From Gemmatimonadales bacterium (GTDB taxonomy: Bacteria > Gemmatimonadota > Gemmatimonadetes > Gemmatimonadales > GWC2-71-9), in contig DASWII010000009.1 of assembly GCA_036397755.1 (NCBI GenBank), positions 22,233-86,232 of the forward strand: a DNA stretch of 64,000 nucleotides, written 5' to 3'. Every line of letters begins with the position of its first letter. Within the stretch, counting starts at the first letter, position 1. Positions 18,866-25,754 of the stretch are shown piece after piece. A program made the position numbers and the translations under genes. The notes under the pieces are model-generated. The model did no database searches, was not told the origin of the DNA, and saw only the letters and a program-made list of their open reading frames with translations.

Positions 18866-20481
18866 TGGCGGTCCGTGGCAATCTCGCGGAAGTCTCGCTT
18901 CCCGATGTCCTGCAGCTGTTGGCCCTTGGGCGTAAAACGGGCAGCCTGACCGTTACGGACCGTGCCAACGTCGGGTACATCTACTTGGATGATGGACGCA
19001 TCTCGTTCGCTTCCATTGTGAATCGCCGAGATCGGCTTGGCGACCTGTTGGTCAAACGCGGACGGATTACCCTGGAGCAGCTCGAGCAGGCCGTGGAGCG
19101 CCAAGGACGCGAGCGCGACCGCCGTCTCGGAGACATCCTCGTGGAGGACGGGGTGATCGACCGGGAAGAGTTGCATCGCTACGTGCGGGTGCAGATCGAG
19201 GAGGCTGTGTATTTCCTGTTTACCTGGGCGCGTGGGACGTTCCGCTTCGACAGCGATGCGCGCCCTGAGGAGCAGGACTTTCTCGTATCGATCAATCCCG
19301 AGAGCCTGCTGCTCGAGGGCGCGCGGCGGGTGGATGAATGGAGCATCATCGCCAAGCGGATTCCGTCATTCGACATCATCTTCGAGGTCGATACGGAGCG
19401 CATTGCCCACGCCGGCGTCCAGCTCTCGGCGGTCCAGGATCGCGTGTTGCCGTATCTCGACGGGACGCACGATGTGACGGCGATTGCCGACCAGACCGGC
19501 TTATCGGAGTTCGAAACGGGCAAGGCGCTGTTTGGACTGCTTTCGGCCGGGTTCCTCAAGCGCGTCGGTCGCTCACGGCCCGGCCCATCGGGAAGTCACA
19601 TCGCCCCGGTGGAGGAGCATCGCAACCTCGGGGTCGCGTTCTACCGTACCGACATGCTGGAGGAGTCGTTGCGGGAATTCCGGCAACTGGTCGAGTTACG
19701 GCCCACGGATGCGGAGGCGCTCTACTACCTGGGTCTCATCGCGTTACGACAAGCACGCTGGGACGAGGCGGTGGCGCGCCTCCGCGCAGCGATGGACTGC
19801 GGTGGTGGGCGGCCGGTAGTGCGGTATCACTACGCGCTCGCGTTGGAATCTGGTGGGTATCTCACGGAGGCGGATGCTGCCTACCGTGAGGCGCTCGCGC
19901 ATGCGCCGCATGATTGGCGCTTTCTGCAGGGATGGGGGATCGTGACCCTCTTGCGCGGTGATCATGACAGCGCGGCACAACGACTCGATCGCGCGCGGGA
20001 GGTGGCGGCGGACGAGCCTCTCGGAGCCCTATGGTACTGGGCGCGGGCGCTCTGCGCGACCGCCGCCGGTGACCTCGAGGCCGCCGAACGCTATCTCCGG
20101 CTCGGTCTCGCGGCCGTACCGGAGAACCCGGCGCTGCGGAACAACTTGGCCGTGGTGCTCGAGAGCCAAAACCGCCTCGCCGAAGCCGAGTCGTTGCTGG
20201 TGCACGCGATCGCGGAGGACCCGTGGCTGCCCCATCTGTCCAAGAACCTCGGGGATGTGCACTACCGGAACGCGAAGTACGACGAAGCGTGGGACGCCTA
20301 CCAGCGGGTCATTCGCCTGCGCCCGGAGTTCGGCGACGATGTGTATTTCCGATTGGGGAACATCGCCTATCGACGCATGGATCGGGAGTCGGCTGTCGCG
20401 CTGTGGCGTCAGGCGCTCGCGCTCAATCCGGGACACGAGTTGGCGCGCACGAATCTCGATACCTTGGAAGCACTGACGTAG
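18865..20481 (+). CDS. DUF4388/PATAN-like domain protein with a long C-terminal TPR array
   Basis: 'GNLAEVSLPDVLQLLALGRKTGSLTV...GYIYLDDGRISFA...LGDLLV..G.I....LGDILV' can be aligned by eye to 13579-14721, and TPRs fill the rest. The ATG overlaps the upstream TAA (TAATG). Confidence 0.72.
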   Translation: MAVRGNLAEVSLPDVLQLLALGRKTGSLTVTDRANVGYIYLDDGRISFASIVNRRDRLGDLLVKRGRITLEQLEQAVERQGRERDRRLGDILVEDGVIDREELHRYVRVQIEEAVYFLFTWARGTFRFDSDARPEEQDFLVSINPESLLLEGARRVDEWSIIAKRIPSFDIIFEVDTERIAHAGVQLSAVQDRVLPYLDGTHDVTAIADQTGLSEFETGKALFGLLSAGFLKRVGRSRPGPSGSHIAPVEEHRNLGVAFYRTDMLEESLREFRQLVELRPTDAEALYYLGLIALRQARWDEAVARLRAAMDCGGGRPVVRYHYALALESGGYLTEADAAYREALAHAPHDWRFLQGWGIVTLLRGDHDSAAQRLDRAREVAADEPLGALWYWARALCATAAGDLEAAERYLRLGLAAVPENPALRNNLAVVLESQNRLAEAESLLVHAIAEDPWLPHLSKNLGDVHYRNAKYDEAWDAYQRVIRLRPEFGDDVYFRLGNIAYRRMDRESAVALWRQALALNPGHELARTNLDTLEALT

Positions 20482-20509
20482 CGGGCCTGCGCGGAGGGAG
20501 GGCGGTCGT

Positions 20510-21370
20510 ATGACGGATGCGTTGATCCAACAGCTGCGGGCGCAGTATGAGTCGATTTCCGAGCGTCTCGACGGTGTGGAGTCCGTCGCGGATCGCGAGG
20601 CGATCAAGCGCGCCATCATCGAACTCTTCAAGACCGTCGACCTGTCCATCAACGATCTCGCGGCCCTGAAGGAGGAGATTCGTGGACTGGTGGATCGGTA
20701 CAAGCAGATCGCCGAGCACCAAAGCGGCGAGCCAACGCCCCAGTTTGCCGCGGAGGCCCCCGTCATCCACGCGGATCACATCGGGGCGTCCACCTTCATG
20801 GAAAAGGGTTGGAGCCTCATCTCGCTCGGTGACTATCCGGGTGCGATCCAGGCGTTGACCAAGGCGCTGCAACTCTCGCCGGGAGAGGTGCGGGCGGAGT
20901 CGCTCCTCGGTTGGGCGCAGATGCTCCACGCCGACTACGACGCGGCACTCGAGACCCTCAGCGGCGTGTTGCAGAGGGATCCGACCAATTCCCTGGCCCG
21001 TATCAACGTGGGCTACGTGTGCCTCAAGAAGCAGATGTTCGGAGAAGCGATCGAGCACCTTTCCAAGGCCATCCGCCTCGACAACGACAAGAAAGCGACC
21101 CTGTACGCGCACTTCTACATCGGGCTGGTGTACTTCCAACGGGAGATGTACGAGGAGGCACAGACGTTCTTCGAGAAGACGCTGCGGTTGGGGCCCAATC
21201 TGCTCGAGGCCTATTACGAGCTGGGGCGGGCGCTGTGGTTCGGGGGCGACAAGGACGGGGCCCGTTCCGCGTGGGAGCAGGGGTTCGCGGCGAACAAGTT
21301 CAACCCGTGGGGCAAGCGGTGTGGGGAAGTGCTGGACGCCGTCTCGCAGGGACAGGAGCCGCCACGCTGA
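20510..21370 (+). CDS. coiled-coil plus TPR protein
   Basis: N-terminal heptad-like region, then TPRs ('AHFYIGLVYFQREMYEEAQTFFEKTLRLGPN'). GGAGGGA lies upstream of the ATG. Confidence 0.75.
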   Translation: MTDALIQQLRAQYESISERLDGVESVADREAIKRAIIELFKTVDLSINDLAALKEEIRGLVDRYKQIAEHQSGEPTPQFAAEAPVIHADHIGASTFMEKGWSLISLGDYPGAIQALTKALQLSPGEVRAESLLGWAQMLHADYDAALETLSGVLQRDPTNSLARINVGYVCLKKQMFGEAIEHLSKAIRLDNDKKATLYAHFYIGLVYFQREMYEEAQTFFEKTLRLGPNLLEAYYELGRALWFGGDKDGARSAWEQGFAANKFNPWGKRCGEVLDAVSQGQEPPR

Positions 21371-22239
21371 TCGCGCTACTTCCCCTGGTCGTTTGGGTCC
21401 AGATGGCGGTGGTGCAGGTTGGGCGGGTCACCGCGGTGTACTGGCCGGGTGACGAGGTGCTCGCCACGGGCCTAGCCGAGTTTGCCGATGCCCAGAGCCG
21501 ATGGCCCGGATTACCCGCCCCACCTGCGCGTCCGGTGCGCCTCATCGTGACGCCGGATGACAGCGCCTTTGATTCCATCGTGGGTGGTCGGGTGCCGGAA
21601 TGGGGGGCGGCCGTGGCCATGCCGGCATCCAACAGCATCGTGATCCGGGCGTCGGACGGCGTGCCCGCTGTGCGGCAGCACCTGCGCCACGAACTTGCGC
21701 ACCTGGCATTGCGCGAGGCGGTGCCGCGGGGGGTGCCCCGCTGGCTCGACGAGGGATACGCGGTGGTCGCGGCGAACGAGTGGGACGGCACGGATGTCCT
21801 GCGGGTCAACTGGGCCATGGTGCGGGGGGTGCGGCCGTCGCTTCGTGACGTCGATCGCGCCCTGCAGGAGCCGTCGGCCACCAACGCCGCCGGAGCCTAC
21901 GCGTTCGCCGCGACCGCCGCAAGCATGTTGAAGCGGCTGGGGCGGGAGCGGGGGTTCGAGCCGATCTTCTCCGGACTACGCGCGGCTGGGGATCTTGACG
22001 CGGCCCTGCGAGCGACACACCAGATGACGATTGGCCAATTCGAGGAGCAATGGCAGCGGGACCTTCGGCGGAGGTACGGGTGGATGACATTACTCGGTTC
22101 GGCAACCGTGTTCTGGGCGTTCGCCGCCCTGATTCTGTCGGCTTTGTGGTCGCGAAGTCGCATGCGATATGACGCCCGGCGGGCGGCGTTGGACGAGGGT
22201 TGGACGGTGGCTGCAAGTGACGCCGGGACCGATGCTTGA
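21319..22239 (+). CDS. HEXXH (peptidase MA-like) protein with N- and C-terminal hydrophobic anchors
   Basis: 'HELAHLALRE' followed by 'WLDEGYAVV'. C-terminal TM 'WMTLLGSATVFWAFAALILSALW'. GTG 21319 gives an RR-plus-hydrophobic N-terminus; ATG 21403 is the alternative start. The part of the track ORF upstream of 21319 is judged a frame artefact. Confidence 0.55.
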   Translation: MWGSAGRRLAGTGAATLIALLPLVVWVQMAVVQVGRVTAVYWPGDEVLATGLAEFADAQSRWPGLPAPPARPVRLIVTPDDSAFDSIVGGRVPEWGAAVAMPASNSIVIRASDGVPAVRQHLRHELAHLALREAVPRGVPRWLDEGYAVVAANEWDGTDVLRVNWAMVRGVRPSLRDVDRALQEPSATNAAGAYAFAATAASMLKRLGRERGFEPIFSGLRAAGDLDAALRATHQMTIGQFEEQWQRDLRRRYGWMTLLGSATVFWAFAALILSALWSRSRMRYDARRAALDEGWTVAASDAGTDA

Positions 22240-22266
22240 CGCCTATGGAACCTGCCGTTAGCGTGA

Positions 22267-22458
22267 GTGTCTATGTCTGACAGGGCAGGTTCGCCCGCGC
22301 GACTGCAGTTCCGTCCGCGCAACGTAACGTTGCTCGCGGCGGCGCTGATATCGGTTGGTGTCGGCTACGCGCTGTTGGCGCGCGGCGATACCACGGTGGC
22401 ACCGATCTTGTTGGTGCTGGGCTACTGTGTGTTGTTTCCACTGGGGCTCGGCCTGTAG
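22267..22458 (+). CDS. small two-helix membrane protein (hypothetical)
   Basis: 63 aa with two hydrophobic helices ('VTLLAAALISVGVGYALLA', 'VAPILLVLGYCVLFPLGLGL'). It fills the gap before tRNA-Val. No homolog recognised. Confidence 0.4.
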   Translation: MSMSDRAGSPARLQFRPRNVTLLAAALISVGVGYALLARGDTTVAPILLVLGYCVLFPLGLGL

Positions 22459-22467
22459 CGGTCGCGG

Positions 22468-22541
22468 GGGCGAATAGCTCAGGGGTCCAGAGCGCCTGCC
22501 TTACAAGCAGGATGTCGGGGGTTCGAATCCCTCTTCGCCCA
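22468..22541 (+). tRNA. tRNA-Val (anticodon TAC)
   Basis: Cloverleaf folded by hand: acceptor GGGCGAA/TTCGCCC, D stem GCTC/GAGC, anticodon stem CCTGC/GCAGG with loop CTTACAA, T arm GGGGG-TTCGAAT-CCCTC. CCA is not encoded. Confidence 0.9.
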
Positions 22542-22563
22542 CTGTCGGAGGTGCGCGGGCTTG

Positions 22564-24381
22564 ATGCTCGGTTACGAAATGCAGAGTGACTCACGGAGGA
22601 TTGGTGTGATACTCACACGGTTGGTGCGCGTGCTGAGCCTGGTCACGGTGGCGGTCGTGGGGCTTGAGGCGACGGAAGAGCTCCACGCCCAGCGATCGAT
22701 GGAGCGTGTTCTCATGCTCGCCCCGGCGCCGTCCGCTGGTGTATCGCCGGACTTCGCCATCGCGTTCGCCGACGAGGCGCGGAAGCGGATGAACAGCAAG
22801 TTCCGCAACCGGCTCACGGTGATTCCCACCGACGACATCTGTGAATTGCTCAGGCAATCGGCGTTCGACTGTGAAGTGATCCTGAACGATCAGGACGCGG
22901 AACGGCTCGCGCGGGCCATGCGTGCGGACCTCTACATCGTGGGCACCGTGTGGTACGACGACGCCGCCCCCCAGGGGAGGTTTCACCTGATCGACATCGG
23001 ACGGTCGGGTGTCTCGGGGTGGATGGAGGTGAAGGGTGCGCCGGGCGACGCGCCTCGGCGGTACGCGGATATCCTGGCCGACTCGCTCGAGAATCAGGTA
23101 CGCGCCGGCGAGCTGGCGCGCGAATGCGTGGAGAAACGCGACGGTAACGACTACGATGCGGCGCTCCAGCGCGCGAGGCGGGTCTTTGAGGTCTACCCCA
23201 ACCATCCGGCAGCAGCGCAATGCGCCGCCTACGCCGTCGAGGCGATGGGACAGCCGGCCGACAGTCAGATCCCGTATTACGAGCGCATGGTGCGCGGCGA
23301 CTCCCTGCAGGAGCGCGCATGGCAGCAGTTGGGGCGGTTGCACCAGGAAAAAGGTGACTCCCTCAAGGCGCTCGAGGCGTTTCGCCGGCAGCTCTATCTC
23401 ACCCCCGGCGATCGCCAGCGGTGGCGAGGAATCGTCGCCGGGTACATGATGGTGGGAGAACACGCACAGGCGCGTGATCTGGCGGACGAGTGGTTGGCGG
23501 ACAACAGCGATGACGTCGAGTTCATCCAGTTGAAGACGCGCGCCTGCTTCGAGGGAGCACTGTGGGGGTGCGCTGTCCAAGGGCTGGCGGCGCAGTACGG
23601 GCGAGATAGCGCGCTGATCGGCGACAGCCTGTTCTACCAGCAGATCATTGCGGCGGCGCAGGCCGACGAGGACACGGACGCGCTGCTGCGGTGGACGTCC
23701 GAGGCGATTCGGTGGGTGCCGCACAATACGACGTTCTGGCGGGCGCATGCGGACGCGCTGAGCGAGGCCGGGATGGCCGACTCGGCGGTGGCGGTTTACG
23801 AGCACGTCGTGTTTCAGGACCCGACGGACATCGCCACGGCCCTGCTACTCTCCCGCCGCCTCATCGAGGGGTTGAGCATCGACACGGTGAGCCCCGTGGA
23901 CACGACGGCGTTGCTGGAAGCGGGAGAGTATCTCGATCTGGTGGTGTCGCAGAGCCAGGACACGTCCGTGCTGATGAACGCGGCGGTGCTGTTCTATCAG
24001 CCCGCGCAGCAGCTTGTCCAGACGCGACAGGCGCTGCCGATAGCCGTCAGCTTTCTCGAGAAGTCCCTCGAGGCCGACGTGCTGAATCGACTGGGTGACC
24101 GTGCGAGTTTCTTCTTGGCGTGGGGACTGTTGTACAGTGTCTACGACTTCGATCCCCAGATCGTGCAGTATGCGGAGCGAATCCAGAATCTGAGCGCGGC
24201 GGAGCGCGCCGACGCTTGTATCTTGGTGGGTCAGGAAGAACAGATGGTTCAACGAGGCCTGGAAGCCATTGCCGCGGGCGCGTCGGTGTCGGCGGCCGCG
24301 GCACAGGACTTTGCCTCGCGGTTCGCCAACTTCCGACAGCGAATCCCGACGCTGCGCGAGGCGTTTGAATGTAGGCGGTAG
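22564..24381 (+). CDS. secreted/periplasmic TPR-like repeat protein (hypothetical)
   Basis: N-terminal signal-like 'LVRVLSLVTVAVVGLEA', then helical repeats ('AWQQLGRLHQEKGDSLKALEAFRRQLYLTP'). GGAGG lies 12 nt upstream of ATG 22564. The track starts at TTG 22561. Confidence 0.6.
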   Translation: MLGYEMQSDSRRIGVILTRLVRVLSLVTVAVVGLEATEELHAQRSMERVLMLAPAPSAGVSPDFAIAFADEARKRMNSKFRNRLTVIPTDDICELLRQSAFDCEVILNDQDAERLARAMRADLYIVGTVWYDDAAPQGRFHLIDIGRSGVSGWMEVKGAPGDAPRRYADILADSLENQVRAGELARECVEKRDGNDYDAALQRARRVFEVYPNHPAAAQCAAYAVEAMGQPADSQIPYYERMVRGDSLQERAWQQLGRLHQEKGDSLKALEAFRRQLYLTPGDRQRWRGIVAGYMMVGEHAQARDLADEWLADNSDDVEFIQLKTRACFEGALWGCAVQGLAAQYGRDSALIGDSLFYQQIIAAAQADEDTDALLRWTSEAIRWVPHNTTFWRAHADALSEAGMADSAVAVYEHVVFQDPTDIATALLLSRRLIEGLSIDTVSPVDTTALLEAGEYLDLVVSQSQDTSVLMNAAVLFYQPAQQLVQTRQALPIAVSFLEKSLEADVLNRLGDRASFFLAWGLLYSVYDFDPQIVQYAERIQNLSAAERADACILVGQEEQMVQRGLEAIAAGASVSAAAAQDFASRFANFRQRIPTLREAFECRR

Positions 24382-24431
24382 TCACTTGTACGGCGGACGG
24401 TATCGGCCTACATTTGCCGGCTGTCTCATCG

Positions 24432-24505
24432 GGGGCTGTAGCTCAGTTGGTTAGAGTGCCGGTCTGTCACACCGGAGGCCGCGGGTTCAAGTCCCGTCAG
24501 CCCCG
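24432..24505 (+). tRNA. tRNA-Asp (anticodon GTC)
   Basis: Acceptor GGGGCTG/CAGCCCC, D stem GCTC/GAGT, anticodon stem CCGGT/ACCGG with loop CTGTCAC, T arm GCGGG-TTCAAGT-CCCGT. CCA is not encoded. Confidence 0.9.
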
Positions 24506-24524
24506 CTTGCCGTCCAAACCATGA

Positions 24525-25481
24525 GTGGATGACCGGTCCCGGAGGCGATCCTCCGGGACCGCTTTGCATGGGGGCCCCGTGGCTGGTGATCATGAGCCGG
24601 TGCTGGCAGAAGAAGTTCTCCGCTTCGCCCAGGATGCCAGCCGCGCCGCCGACCTCACGGTGGGTGGGGGAGGTCATGCGAGCCGCCTCGCGGCGTGCGG
24701 CATCGATGTGCTGGCCTTCGATCGGGATCCGCGGGCGGTCGCCCGCGTGCGCGAACGGTTCCCGGAGGTCGAGGCGCACGTTGGCGCCTTTGCTGAGACC
24801 GACGTCATCGCGGCCGTCCAGCGATTCCGGCCGGACTTCGTCCTGTTCGACTTGGGTGTCTCCTCGCACCAACTCGACGATCACACCCGCGGGTTCTCGT
24901 TCCGCCGCGATGTCCCCCTGGACATGCGGATGGACGCGCGCGGTCGGACGGCTGCGGATTACCTCAATACCGTCGACGTCACGGAGCTCGCCCAGGCCTT
25001 CAGGGACTACGGAGACGAACGGCGGGCTGCCGCCTTGGCCCGCGCGGTAGCGCGTCGCCGGGTCAGGGAACCGCTCCGGGTGAGTGACGACCTGGTGAAC
25101 GCGATTCGCGAAGTGCTCGGTGCGCGTGCTGGACCGCGGGTGTTCGCCCGCGTGTTTCAGGCCGTGCGAATCGCCCTGAACGAGGAGCTCGAGCAGCTTG
25201 CGGCGGCCCTGCCGGCCTACCGAGACGTACTCGCCCCCGGTGGGGTGCTTGCGGTGATAGGCTATCATTCAGGCGAGGATCGAATCGTCAAACACGCGTT
25301 TCGCGAGTGGACGCGCGCGTGCGTGTGTCCGAGGGAGCAGCCGGCCTGCACCTGCCGTGGGCGTTCCCTGGGGACGCTGCTGACGCGCCGACCCATCCGA
25401 CCGGAGGTCGAAGAAATGGAGCGAAACCCGCGGGCGCGGAGCGCTCGGTTGCGAGCCTTCAGGGTCGATGCGAGCGCCTAG
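24525..25481 (+). CDS. rsmH: 16S rRNA (cytosine1402-N4)-methyltransferase
   Basis: 'HEPVLAEEVL', 'DLTVGGGGHA', 'FDLGVSSHQLD' and 'SGEDRIVK'. The start is uncertain (GTG 24525 or GTG 24579). Confidence 0.92.
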   Translation: MDDRSRRRSSGTALHGGPVAGDHEPVLAEEVLRFAQDASRAADLTVGGGGHASRLAACGIDVLAFDRDPRAVARVRERFPEVEAHVGAFAETDVIAAVQRFRPDFVLFDLGVSSHQLDDHTRGFSFRRDVPLDMRMDARGRTAADYLNTVDVTELAQAFRDYGDERRAAALARAVARRRVREPLRVSDDLVNAIREVLGARAGPRVFARVFQAVRIALNEELEQLAAALPAYRDVLAPGGVLAVIGYHSGEDRIVKHAFREWTRACVCPREQPACTCRGRSLGTLLTRRPIRPEVEEMERNPRARSARLRAFRVDASA

Positions 25482-25752
25482 GGGTCGATTCTGGATCGGC
25501 GTCTGGCTCGTGTTCGGGCTCAGCGTGCTGCTCCTCGTGGTTGCTCGACAAACGTCCGGGTTCGTTGCTGTGCGCCACCTCGATGAGCTACGGGGAGAAC
25601 GCGCGGCGTTGGAGGCGGAACGCGCCGCGTTCCAGCAGCAGGTTCGTGAGGCTGAGAGTAGACGGGTGCTTGTGCCGCGTGCGGAATCGCTGGGGCTTCG
25701 CGCACCAGCCGATTCGGAGATCCGCATTCTGCGCGTTCCCGGAGCGCACTAG
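25468..25752 (+). CDS. ftsL: cell division protein FtsL
   Basis: 94 aa with a single TM ('FWIGVWLVFGLSVLLLVV') followed by a coiled coil. It occupies the canonical position between rsmH and ftsI. Confidence 0.8.
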   Translation: MRAPRGRFWIGVWLVFGLSVLLLVVARQTSGFVAVRHLDELRGERAALEAERAAFQQQVREAESRRVLVPRAESLGLRAPADSEIRILRVPGAH

Positions 25753-25754
25753 CG

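Noticed and set aside
20911-21318. Upstream 136 codons of track ORF 20911-22239, plus similar long N-terminal extensions of murD (31433), murG (33339), ftsZ (38420), ftsY (42637), recG (43914), alr (48745), deoB (50037), the FadL-like barrel (52697) and mtaB (53323)
   Set aside because: Each extension overlaps the preceding, confidently called gene in another frame and is Arg/Gly/Pro-rich. In each case a start codon sits at or next to the upstream stop and reproduces the expected conserved N-terminus.
22468-24505. The tRNA-flanked segment as an integrated mobile element or genomic island
   Set aside because: There is no integrase, transposase or phage gene. I could find no direct repeat of either tRNA 3' end at the other boundary. 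By eye, the composition looks like the rest of the window.
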